A stretch of 33,995 nt of DNA from Reclinomonas americana ATCC 50394 (taxonomy: Eukaryota), in contig PS015572.1 of NCBI GenBank assembly GCA_048213135.1, forward strand, positions 55,945 to 89,939. The letters are read 5' to 3'. Numbering within the stretch: the stretch's first letter is position 1; every line of letters starts with the position of its first letter. This document shows positions 11,060 to 25,031 of this stretch, piece after piece. The translations under genes and the position numbers were made by a program. The notes under the pieces were generated by a model. The model was not told the DNA's origin. It was given only the letters and a program-made list of their open reading frames with translations, and ran no database searches.

Positions 11060-13350
11060 ATGTCGACGTCGTCGTCGTCGGCGTCGCCTGTGTCCTCGTC
11101 ACCGCCGTCGCCTGGCTCACCAGCGGCTACTGCTGCGGCTGCGGCTGCGGCTGGTGGTGTGACAGTGGTCTCACAGAGTCCACCACCACACCCGCACCAC
11201 TTTCATCACATGCTTCCTCCTCCTCCACCTCCGCCGCCTCCGCCTCCACCTCCACCTCCACCGCCTTCATCGGCTGCCAAGAATGAGTTTGGCGCGGGAA
11301 GAGCGGCTGGCGCAGGTGGACCACCACTGGTCGCAGAGATGAGCCCGAGCAAGAAGCGAGTTTCGTTGTGCTCACTGACACAACAGCGATGATGATGATG
11401 ATGATGGTAGCGATGATGATGGTCTTATGGTGATGTGTGTGAGCAGTACTCGTCGCTGGATAAGCTGGGATGTGATTTGCGGGCGTTGGTGAACTCGCGA
11501 GACTTTTCGGATATGCAGATCCTGGCGGGTCCGGAGCGTGTGCTCTTGTATGCGCATCGGTGCATTCTCTCGCAGCGGTGTTCGTACTTTCAGGCGTGCT
11601 TGTCGGGCGGCTGGGCCGAGTCGTCGAATGGTGTCATTGAGAAGCCGAACACGTGTGCCGAGGTGTTTCTGCTGTTGCTCACGTTTCTGTACACGGGCGA
11701 GGTTGCGTCGTGTCGTCGTCCCACCAGCGCGCGCAAGTCATCTCACTGTATTTGAAATAGGTGGAGATCGAGGAGAGCACGGCGTTCGATCTGCTGGCGG
11801 CGGCCGATGAGCTGCAAATAACAGACCTGCGGATGCACTGCACGTCGTACATTCGGGAGACCATGAATGCCGACAATGTGTTTCTGTATCTGGTGCGCGC
11901 GCGCGCGTGTGTGTGTGTGTGTGTGTGTAAGTAGCTCGCGCAGGGCGAATGGCTGACCTGTTGTCGGTGGCAGGAATCCGCCGGGCGTCATCATGTGGAC
12001 GAACTGAAGGACGGCTGCATGAAGTGGATTGTGGAGCATGCCGAGGGCGTGTTCACCTCGGAGTCGTTCCTGTCGATACACCTGGACACGCTGGCATACC
12101 TGCTGCAGAACGACGACATGGAGATTGAGGAGGATAATGTGTGGAGGGCAGTACTGCGATGGGGAATGTTGCGTGGCGAGTCGTGCGTTGTCGCCTCCTC
12201 GTCGTTGTTCTAATCGTGTACTGCAGTCACAACTGTCAAGTGCACGGCGCACTGCCGTCACAGTGGACAGCCGACGAGCGGGAACGGTTGCGGCAGACAC
12301 TGGCTCACGTGTTCCCTCACATTCGCGTGTTGCGGATTTCGGGCGAGTGCTTTGTCGACGAAGTCGAGCCGACACAACTCATGCCAGTGGAGCTGCGACT
12401 GGAGCGCGGACTGTTGCGTGGATTACGGCATTACTACGCCTGTACAAGGTTTCTCACCTTTGGCATCCAATGCAGGTATGCCATGGCGCCCCAAAAGTAC
12501 CCCGAATCACACCCACTTCTGCGACCCAGAGGGCACGCCACCAAGGTCAGTGTGTGTGTGTGCTTGGCGTCGAGCCACTCACTTACCTTCTGCCATTCGT
12601 GCGTGCTGACTGGGATCTCGTTACTCGCAGTTCCGGTGGGACACGCAGATGAAGGCTCCGCACTGCGCCGTGTCGCCCGACGGCAAATTAATCACGCTGA
12701 GCCTGCAGGGCACAGCAACCACGTTTGTGGAGGAGCCTGTATTTAAGGGTGCGTGCAGGGAGAATGAGAGATGGGATTCCCCTGCGCACGGAGACTGATA
12801 TGGGTGGAGCAGGCAAGCAAACGATTCACATCAAGGTTGAAAATATCCCCGTGCGCACGGCATACTATGTGGGCATTGCGCTGGAGAAGAACGAGCAGAC
12901 GGTGTCACGGTCATTGCGGGACGTGGGCTGGGGTCTGCAGGGTGCGTTCCTCCGACCCCCTGCGTGTTCACGGATGACGTGGGATAGAGCGCTGAAACAA
13001 CTCTTTCTGTGTTCGTGCAGACAACGGGCGGGGTGTCATGCACGGCGGTGAGTTCCTGAATCAGGAACACGGCGGGCGTGGGATTGTGTACAACACGGGT
13101 GATGTAGTGTCCATGTCCGTCGACAAGGACAATGGCGTTCTGTCGTACCAGGTGAGCGGGCACGCGGGCGAAAGGAGTCCACTCTCGGCTCATTGTTGTC
13201 CTCCCACAGATCAATGGAGATCAGGTCGTGCAGGTGACGATCGAGGATATTAAGCACTCGTCAGCCGTCCACATGGGAGTGACGATGTACAACATGGGGG
13301 CCTCGATGAGGATTCTCGACACGTACATGCCCAACCACCATGAACGCTGA
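11060..13350 (+). CDS. BTB/POZ-BACK protein with C-terminal SPRY-like domain and polyproline N-terminus, 9 introns
   Basis: BTB segment FSDMQILAG...LYAHRCILSQRCSYFQACLSGGWAES...LLTFLYTGEV. BACK segment FLSIHLDTLAYLLQNDDMEIEEDNVWRAVLRWG. SPRY-like YYVGIA...YNTGDVVSMSVDKDNGVLSYQING. Stop TGA at 13348-13350. Confidence 0.85.
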
Positions 13351-13511
13351 AAAACGCATGTGCCGTGTGTGAGTGTGAATGCGGGCATGCGCTCATGTAA
13401 ACAGCGAGATTTATCTAGCACTGCTACTGCTGCTGCTGCAAACACACTACCACGGTCAGCAATGAAGCGAAAACCACTTGTGTATCGGCAGCGAAGGACT
13501 TGTTTCTCTCA

Positions 13512-15576
13512 TCAACGGCGTGCCGCCGGCTGAACGCGCTTGGCCGACTTTTCCAGGAGCTCCAGGTAAACCTGTGCGTGCAGGCATCAGTACTTGGAAT
13601 ACGACAAGGAGTCAGCGACAGCGAATGGACCTCAGCGTGCGGCTTTTCAAACACCAGCATGGGACGCAGGCGTACCGACTGCGCACCGCAACCGCCGGCC
13701 ATGACACCTGTGGACGGGCAGTGGTCAGCACCCAGTCGACCACATAATGGCGCACGGCACACTATGCACGATACCATTCTGGCGCAGCTCAGCCACCAGC
13801 GCGTCGCGAATCTCGGGCGAGGCCGAATCAAAGGCCAAGAAGGTGCCGGAGCCGCGCGTGTTGGCCACCACGTTGGGATACTTGCGCTGTGGGGGGAGAG
13901 AAGTCGTGAGATGCAAGGCTGGTCAAATGCACAGCTGGCGGCAGCACACGCACCGACAGCGCCTCCAGCTGCTCCTTCAGGAACTGGCCAGTGGCGGCGG
14001 TCTTCTCCACCAACTTGTCGCGCTTGATCACCTGCACCACAGTGCGCAGCTGCAGCGCGCGAATGGGATCTCCCATCCACGTGTTGTACTGGCGGTAGGT
14101 CTGGAAACGCGACGTATTTGCAATCAGCAAGTGCGCACACGCGGAGAGAGAGAGGGGCCGCACGCATCACGAGAGCACGCAACGTCACTCGGGCGGTACT
14201 CCATGTTGTGGTAGAAGCCGGCCGCTTGCATCTTCTTGGAGAATGTCACCATGTCCTGCATTCACACAATGTAGTTCAGTTCCACTCTCTCTCTCTCCCT
14301 TTCGTCCCCCCATCCGCCCCACTCACCGGCGGCGATGGCAGCTTCCACGCCTCGTGAGCCCAGAAAGTACCGGTGGCTCCGCAGCCAGTCTGCACCTCGT
14401 CCACGATAAAGGTGACGCCGAGGCGCTTGGTGATCTCGCGCAATCGGCAGAAGAAGTAGTTCGACGCGTGATTGTCGCCACCCTCGGACTGCACCGGCTC
14501 GACGATCACGGCGGCCACTGGCACGTGCCACGTAGCAATGAGGCGCTCGACCTGCGTGCATTCGGTGAGTGAGAGTGCATGCAACAACAGACAAAAAGCA
14601 CAGCACCGACCTCCTGCAGACAGCGGTCCTCCTCCATTCGATTCTCGGTCTCGTACTGCGACAGCGGGTACCGGAGTCGCGGGAATGGGGCAGCCGGCCA
14701 ATCAAACGCCGGCACGTCGACCTTGTGAATGGCCTTGGAGCGCGTCGTGCTCAGGCAGCCAAACAACCGGCCGTGGAAGCCGCCCATGAAGCTCAGCACG
14801 CTCAGATTCGGCGAGCCTGCACCATCGCAAGTCAGCGGGTCACACGGAAGAGGCAAGAGCGACAACGCAGTGAGGCACACACCCGGTGGCGAGTTCGACA
14901 TGCACGACTGCAGATCCTCCTCGGTGATCGGGTGCCCGTTGCGCTGCCGGTTCATCCAGAACATGAACGCGGCCTTGTAGGCGGTCTCGTTCGCGCACGA
15001 GCCACACATGGCCGTAAACACGTTCTTCAGACCCGGAGGTGCCACCTACAACACACGGTTAAGCGCACCGGCATGTCCGCGCAACGATTCTTCGCTGCAA
15101 TGCACCTCCATGAAGCTGTCGCGCAGCAGCTGCGGCCAGTACTCCGGCGGATTGACGCCCAGCGCCGGTCGATTGATGAGCGCCGTAACCCACTCATCCG
15201 AGCGCGCGGCCTTGACCAGCTCCGGGTGATTGTAGCCAATTGGCAGCGAGGCAATCTGGCAGAAGGTGTCGAGCAGCATGTTCCCGTCGGCATCGCACAG
15301 GTAGTTGCCGGTGGAGGCCGAGTAGTTGGCGAAGAACGGCTGCATGCGGGCCTCCTGCAGCTGCGAGAGCGAGTCGCGGAGGGCCTTGGTGCGCTCGCCG
15401 GGCACGACGCTCGTGCGGAGAACAGGGCGTGCGGGCTCGTTGGGCCACACGGAGGAGGCGAACCAGCGGCATTGCGCGGTGAGACGCGCGCGGTGTCTCA
15501 CTGTGTGTGTGTGGCAATGAGGTAAGTATGTGAGAGGCAGGCGAGGCGAGGGGAAGAAGGGCGCACCGATTTGCAT
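13512..15576 (-). CDS. ABAT: 4-aminobutyrate aminotransferase (GABA transaminase), mitochondrial, eukaryotic type, 9 introns
   Basis: Motifs [103 protein letters not shown] (PLP lysine) and NTWMGDP. Arg-rich presequence; first coding exon is only 10 nt. Confidence 0.95.
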
Positions 15577-15718
15577 TGTGACGATGAGTAGAGCTGTCCC
15601 TCGGGACGCGCAGTGTGTGATTGCGTGTGTGTGTGCAGCGAGCGCGTCTGTGCGTTGTCTGTCTTCCTCTCTCTGTCTGTCTGTGTGTGCGCGTGTGAGT
15701 GAGCGTGTGTGTGTGGCG
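15577..15718. promoter_or_regulatory. Putative bidirectional promoter (ABAT / J-protein, 142 bp)
   Basis: Position between divergent ATGs. TG/TC microsatellite-rich. Confidence 0.55.
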
Positions 15719-17766
15719 ATGGCTGATCCATATGCCAAGGACTATTACGAGGTGTTGGGCATTTCGCGCTCAGCGACCGTGGCGGAGGTGAAGAAGGCGT
15801 ATCGCACACTGGCACTGGTGAGACAGAGAGAGTGTGTGCGTGCGCGTGAGAGTGGAGTTGAGACATGTCGACGCTCACTCTCTCTTGTGTTGGTGGCGTC
15901 AGCAATACCATCCGGATCGGAACAAGGGTACGCTTTGAGTTGGCAGCCTTTCCTATCTATGTTGTTGTTGTTGTTGCTAGGTGACCCACAAGCGACTTGC
16001 AATGGCGCAGCGGAGGACGCGGAAAAGTGCTTCCAAGCGATTACGTTGCGTCAATCACAGTGTGTCGTCATTCTCTCTCTGTGAGTGTGCTCATTCTCTC
16101 ATTGCACCAAACAGCAACGCGTATTCCAGTTGTGTTCTTTCACTGCGTGTCTCTCTTCCTGTGTGGTTGCGTTGACGTTCCGGTCATTTCAGTCTTGAGC
16201 GACGACAAGAAGCGAGCGCACTATGACCAGTTTGGCGACGAGAGCGATGCGATGGCCGGGTCGGGGATGGACGACGCCATGATGCACATGTTTATGTCGA
16301 TGTTTGGAATGGGCGGGCCCTCGGTGTTCTTCACATCAGTGCGCTCTTCACCCCCTCTCAATCTTGATTGATGGCTTGCCGAAGGCTGACTGCGCTGTTG
16401 TGTGCGTCTCACAGAGCAGGGATCCGCACGGGTTCCACAGTGGCATGTACGACGGCGACGACGACGACGATGAGTATTATGAGGAGTACGACGACGAGGA
16501 TGTGCAGTTTGAAGATGAGATTTACGACCAGCAGCGATTTGTCGATGCAGGTTGGGCGTTTGTCGCTCTCAGCTCGTCTTCGCACGCCGCACACACTCAT
16601 GCGTGCGTACCATGCGCAGCACTTCTTGACTTGCTGAGGGGCGGCGGGAGAGGCATGTACATGGGAGATGAAGACGATCTGTACGACGAGGATGACGATG
16701 AGTACGATGAGTACGAAGACGACGATGACCTTGACCACGGTGGTATTCCGCTGGACTTTGCCACCTTTGCCACCATGTTTGGCGTTCCGACAAAAGTCGG
16801 TGCCGGTGTTCGCGAAGCGCCACCATCGCGATTCAAGAAACCCAAGGTCAAGATCGACCCGAAGAAGACCAAGGCTGGCGGCAAGGGCAAGACTGGCAAG
16901 GCAGCGGCAAGCGAGAAGGGCAACAAGAGCAACAAGGGAGCCAAGTCAGCCGCAGCACCACCACCACCAGCACCAGCACCACAACCATCAGCGAAGGCAC
17001 AACCGCCGCCAGCATCAGCAGCAGCGAAGCCACCACCACCAGCAGCACCTGCGGCGACAGCGGCTGCGCCCGAGGCCGACGCTGCAGGCAAGGCCAAGAA
17101 GAAGAGGAATCGCAAGAGGAACAAGGGCAAGGGCGACGACGATGACGGTGCAGCAGCACCAGCGGCGTCGTCGGCGTCAACAACCACCACTACAACGACC
17201 ACGGCGGCCTCGGTCCTCGAGCCCGTCGAACCCATGGATGTGGAGCCGATTCCCATGCCATCGCCACTTAAGAAGCCTGCAGCTCCTGCTGCACCGCCGC
17301 CACCAGCGGTGAAGGTGGACGAGGAGCCGCAACAGCGACGCGCCAGTGGCGACAAGAAGAAGCGTGGCAAGAAGGCCGCCTCAGAAATGTCACCCATGGA
17401 CCGGATGGCGGAGATGGCGGCGTCGTTGGGAATGATTGACGACGGACCACTCGGTTAGTAGGCGCCCGTGTCACTGTATTGTGTGTGTGTGCATATACGT
17501 GTTGTGGTGGTGGTTGTCTTACTGTTTGCGCAGACTTTTCGTCATTGTCGACCGAGGAGCTGGCGGAGCTGGTGGCGTCGGTGGATCCCGACATACTGGT
17601 GGACTTGATGGAGAGCAACGGGCTCGACTCCATTCTCGGCGACTTTGGCAGCCGTCGGAAGCCGAAGAGCGGTGCCAGCAGGTCGCGAGGTTTGTGTTTC
17701 TCCACGCAGATCCTTACTTTCACTGCCACTCACGACCGCCAACTCACAGGGAACAAGAGAAAGTGA
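15719..17766 (+). CDS. J-domain (DnaJ type III) protein with acidic and Lys/Pro-rich disordered C-terminus, 8 introns
   Basis: Spliced J-domain reads [34 protein letters not shown]...AEKCFQAITNAYSILSDDKKRAHYDQFG. The last exon (GNKRK*) is inferred. Confidence 0.88.
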
Positions 17767-17808
17767 TGCATGTTTGCGAGTGAATCAATGTATGTCGGTG
17801 CCGATCTT

Positions 17809-18639
17809 TTACCTGTCGGGCTTGCTCTGCCCAACTGCCTCGGCCATGCGGTCCACTGACGCAACCTCACGAATGTGCTGCACCACGGTGTGACAGTGTG
17901 GTCGCAGACGATCGGCCTCGAACGTGTGCGCCACACCCACGGTCATGCAGCCGGCCGCCATGGCGCCCTGGAATGGGGAGCAAGGGAGAGGGAGAGGGAG
18001 ACGGAGAGGGGGAGAGGGAGGGAGAGGGAGAGGGAGAGGGAGAGGGAGAGGGAGAGGGAGGGAGGTAGGGAGGGAGAAGAGATAAAGGGTGATGAGCGAT
18101 TGGCGTCACGAGAATCCCCACTGAGAAGCCTCGCAACTTTGCATCCGGCCACCGCATCCTCCACAACCACCACGCTGGCCGGCTCCACCCGCAACAGCTC
18201 ACACGCACGCAGAAAGATGTCCGGATGCGGCTTGCCGCGCTCCACATCGTAGCCCGACACCACGGGCCTGCCCTCGAAAAACGACGCCAGTCCACTCTCC
18301 CTCAGATTGAACGCAATCTTTCGATGATCGCCACTGGAGGCCACCGCAAACGGCATCTCCCGCTCCCCGCACTCCTCCAGCAGCTCCCGCACACCGTCAA
18401 ACGCACTCAGTTGTCCGCAGACACTCTCGAAATACACCGTCTCCTTCTCCGCGCCCATCTCCTGCAAGATCGCCAGCGAAGGTTCCTCGACGCCATGCTG
18501 AGATTGCAGAGTGAGTGAGAGCGACATGCAGGCAACACGAGCGAGCGATCGACACACCGTGGAGCACAAGTGTCGCGCAGCATCGACACTGCTCAACCCG
18601 ATGATACCGTGGAAATCGAAACCAATGTCGACACCGAAG
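17809..18639 (-). CDS. HAD-superfamily phosphatase (beta-PGM/CbbY-like), 5' end lost in the gap
   Basis: Motifs II-IV: FAVASSG, VERGKPHPDIFLRACELL and VVVVEDAVAGCKGAMAAGC. The 3' end is uncertain because an extra GTTGCGT intron near 17867 is possible. Confidence 0.85.
17984..18075 (+). repeat. Intronic (GGGAGA)n polypurine tract
   Basis: About 90 nt of near-pure purine hexamer repeat inside HAD intron 17968-18137. Confidence 0.9.
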
Positions 18640-18813
18640 CTGGAAAGGAGAGAGAGAGGGTGAGGGATGGGGGAGAAGGGAAGGGTGGAGAGAAACAAGG
18701 AAGGGAGGGAAGGAGGAGACGGGCGCGGAGGGGAAGGGAGGGATGGAGGAAAGAGGGCTCCTTGTCTCCAGTTCTCTTTCACTTGTCTCCAGCTCACAGT
18801 CTCTCTCTCTCTC

Positions 18814-19798
18814 NNNNNNNNNNNNNNNNNNNNNNNNNNNNNNNNNNNNNNNNNNNNNNNNNNNNNNNNNNNNNNNNNNNNNNNNNNNNNNNNNNNNNNN
18901 NNNNNNNNNNNNNNNNNNNNNNNNNNNNNNNNNNNNNNNNNNNNNNNNNNNNNNNNNNNNNNNNNNNNNNNNNNNNNNNNNNNNNNNNNNNNNNNNNNNN
19001 NNNNNNNNNNNNNNNNNNNNNNNNNNNNNNNNNNNNNNNNNNNNNNNNNNNNNNNNNNNNNNNNNNNNNNNNNNNNNNNNNNNNNNNNNNNNNNNNNNNN
19101 NNNNNNNNNNNNNNNNNNNNNNNNNNNNNNNNNNNNNNNNNNNNNNNNNNNNNNNNNNNNNNNNNNNNNNNNNNNNNNNNNNNNNNNNNNNNNNNNNNNN
19201 NNNNNNNNNNNNNNNNNNNNNNNNNNNNNNNNNNNNNNNNNNNNNNNNNNNNNNNNNNNNNNNNNNNNNNNNNNNNNNNNNNNNNNNNNNNNNNNNNNNN
19301 NNNNNNNNNNNNNNNNNNNNNNNNNNNNNNNNNNNNNNNNNNNNNNNNNNNNNNNNNNNNNNNNNNNNNNNNNNNNNNNNNNNNNNNNNNNNNNNNNNNN
19401 NNNNNNNNNNNNNNNNNNNNNNNNNNNNNNNNNNNNNNNNNNNNNNNNNNNNNNNNNNNNNNNNNNNNNNNNNNNNNNNNNNNNNNNNNNNNNNNNNNNN
19501 NNNNNNNNNNNNNNNNNNNNNNNNNNNNNNNNNNNNNNNNNNNNNNNNNNNNNNNNNNNNNNNNNNNNNNNNNNNNNNNNNNNNNNNNNNNNNNNNNNNN
19601 NNNNNNNNNNNNNNNNNNNNNNNNNNNNNNNNNNNNNNNNNNNNNNNNNNNNNNNNNNNNNNNNNNNNNNNNNNNNNNNNNNNNNNNNNNNNNNNNNNNN
19701 NNNNNNNNNNNNNNNNNNNNNNNNNNNNNNNNNNNNNNNNNNNNNNNNNNNNNNNNNNNNNNNNNNNNNNNNNNNNNNNNNNNNNNNNNNNNNNNNNN
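18814..19798. other. Assembly gap
   Basis: Run of N after (CT)n. Confidence 1.
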
Positions 19799-19943
19799 AA
19801 ACAGAGTGAGACGCACGTCACAAAAGGAACAGCAGGAGAGCACAGACCAAGTCAAACACAATTGCTTGCATAATGAACGAAGACAGAAGAGACTGATTGG
19901 CTCGCGCACTGTCTCTCTTAACACACACACACTCACTCTCAAG

Positions 19944-22489
<2,546 letters not shown>

Positions 22490-22645
22490 AATCTCCACCC
22501 TGTCCCTTTTTTCCTGCTCCCGCGCGTGTTTCTGTGTTAGTTTTTGTGTGTCTATTATACCCTTCTGGCCCCTTCACTCTTGACTGCCTAATACACAAGA
22601 GAGAACGACGTATCGACTGTCATGCAGGACCACAATCACACAAAA

Positions 22646-23699
22646 ATGGCCTCGTCGAGCGCAGGCAGTGCCGAACGCAAGGGTCCCAGCTTGCGAGTGA
22701 TCACACAGCGAGTGGAGAGCGCTCGCTTGCTCGTTGTTTCGTCTCAGCATCATTGATGGGAAAGGAGCGACAGACAACTCACTCACCTTNNNNNNNNNNN
22801 NNNNNNNNNNNNNNNNNNNNNNNNNNNNNNNNNNNNNNNNNNNNNNNNNNNNNNNNNNNNNNNNNNNNNNNNNNNNNNNNNNNNNNNNNNNNNNNNNNNN
22901 NNNNNNNNNNNNNNNNNNNNNNNNNNNNNNNNNNNNNNNNNNNNNNNNNNNNNNNNNNNNNNNNNNNNNNNNNNNNNNNNNNNNNNNNNNNNNNNNNNNN
23001 NNNNNNNNNNNNNNNNNNNNNNNNNNNNNNNNNNNNNNNNNNNNNNNNNNNNNNNNNNNNNNNNNNNNNNNNNNNNNNNNNNNNNNNNNNNNNNNNNNNN
23101 NNNNNNNNNNNNNNNNNNNNNNNNNNNNNNACTTCTCGTGCATGCAGCTGCTGAGCTGGTCCTCGCCAAGATCTACAAAAAGCCCGTCACAGAGGAGAGT
23201 GGATCCATCAAGAGCCTCGGGTTGGATGGTGAGTGGTGCATTTCACTGCGCAGAGAGAAAGAGTGCTGTCAGACTGACAGTGGCCGGGCAGTGATGGTCA
23301 TTCCGCAGTTTTCGATGGTCGGGAAGGCGCGTCTTTCCATCCCTTGCATACGTCGCTTCATATGTGCATTTACTCACATCCTTTGTACCTCAGATAAAGG
23401 GCAAGGGCATGCAGTACCACGCGGCCATGGACAAGGACGAGTGCGAGGAGTTTTACACGCGATTCGTGATGGCCTTGGTGGGGGAGCTCGGCGGCAGGCT
23501 GCTGTCACGCGGCAATGCCACTGGCACCGAGAGCGTGGCCGCGGCGGAGAACGTCATTGCTGTCGGCACCTACGGTGCGTACACGCTGCCCGGCACACGG
23601 GATGCAATGGTCGCTGACCGTCGTGTGTTCTGTGCAGGCAATCGTCAGGGTCTGCATTTCGACAGCCCCGGACCCTTCACCCACGTCCTAGAATTCTGA
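22646..23699 (+). CDS. DTD2: D-aminoacyl-tRNA deacylase 2 / ATD-like, partly in a gap
   Basis: N-terminal LRVITQRVESARLL, then VMVIPQFSMVGKIKGKGMQYH and GTYGNRQGLHFDSPGPFTHVLEF*. This matches the metazoan DTD2/ATD pattern (PQ, QYH, GTYGNRQ, GPFTH). Confidence 0.85.
22790..23130. other. Assembly gap
   Basis: Run of N. Confidence 1.
23327..23393 (+). other. GC-AG intron in DTD2
   Basis: AAG|GCGCGT...CTCAG|ATA joins GK to IKGKGMQYH in frame. The donor otherwise matches the local GTGCGT consensus. Confidence 0.8.
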
Positions 23700-23749
23700 A
23701 TAAACACAAACAGGTACAGCTGTACACTACTGCTACTTGCGGAGGTCGG

Positions 23750-24947
23750 CTATACTCCATTGACCGCCGTGGGCAGTGACGATGGTGGCGGTAGTTGCCG
23801 ATTGTTGCGCGCGCTGTTGGAGGACAACAGAATGTCGCCGCCCCAGTACCGCTCGAACCGTGGATCCGCCCACGCGACGGCAATCATCGGTCCCAGTGTG
23901 CACGGCACGAGGTACAGCAGCGCCGGCTGCGCCGCACTGGTCATGTAGACTGCCAGGAACGAGAGCAACAGGCCGCCCATGTAGCCGGTGAGTGCCCACA
24001 TGAAGAAGCCCTCGATGCGATACCACGGCCGACCGACGGCACAATCGTAGCGCAGCGCCAGGCACACCAGCATGCCCGGCATCACAATGTCGCCGAGTCC
24101 CAGCATGGAGAAGCCGTCGCCACGCGGGAACAGCAGCTTGATGGGCAAGTCGACTTGCGTCGCCACCGTCACCATCACATTCTTCCCAAACACCGGCTGC
24201 GAGTAGAACACCCAGAAGATGTCGTACACAAACAGCGCCGACAGCAGCAGCGAGGCCACCTTCAGACTCGGCAGGCGCAGAAAGGCAATCGTCGACACAC
24301 ACATGGCCATGCCGAGCACTGGGGAGTCAAAGGCGGGGCGGGTCAGAAGTACAACTAAACACAGCCGGTTTGTGGCTTACGAAACGATTGTTGATCACCC
24401 AATGCCCACTGGTGGACCACCACAGCGCCAGTGCGAGGACCGCCACACACATGGCGACTACATCCAGCGCAGAGCACGAGCACCAGCCTCCACATCGCTG
24501 CGATTGCGCATCACTGCCTCCTCCGTTCGGTATCACAACGCTCTCCGATACAACTGATGACGATGACGATGACTGAGGGAAGCACCACAGTTGTGCCAGC
24601 CACGGATGCACACAAAAGGCGACGGCAAAGGCCGACGAGAGCATGAAACACGCCGTCAGCACGACAATCGCCGTCGACACAAAGTAGAACAAGACGAGCA
24701 GGACCACAGAGGAGACAAGTGGCAGCACAATCGCCGATCGCAGAGACAGACTGGCGATGCCTGTGAGAGACAGTGTGTGTGTGTGTGTGTGAGAGAGACT
24801 GCAGTTGTCGATGACTGAGCGCCACTTGTCAAAACCTTTCTGCTCTTCGGATTCCCCTGGCATCTCATCGAGTGCTCTTGCGCGCAGTGAGCCGTAGAGG
24901 ATGGTCAGCGTTGCACAAGCCATGACCACGAACAAGTTCGACTCCAT
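23750..24947 (-). CDS. Signal peptide peptidase-like aspartyl intramembrane protease (SPPL3/SPP family), 2 introns
   Basis: Catalytic YD (LFVYDIFWVF), GxGD (FSMLGLGDIVMPG) and QPALLYLVP motifs. Also HWVINNLLG and LPIKLLFPR. Confidence 0.93.
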
Positions 24948-25031
24948 CGCTTTCTCTCTTCTCGCCTTCCTCGTGAAATCCACAGTCCGTTAGTCTGTCG
25001 CTGATTATTGTGTGTGTGTGCGCGCGCTTGC
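24948..25031. promoter_or_regulatory. Putative bidirectional promoter (84 bp between divergent SPPL and MON2 start codons)
   Basis: Position only. Contains CT- and TG-rich tracts. Confidence 0.55.

Noticed and set aside
11893-11928. (GC)n(GT)n potential Z-DNA as a specific regulatory element
   Set aside because: Similar dinucleotide tracts occur in many introns here and nothing singles this one out.
16597-17397. Long antisense ORFs (also 4003-4875, 14569-15525, 26233-27228, 31378-32229)
   Set aside because: They are shadows of GC-rich real exons and carry no recognisable motifs.
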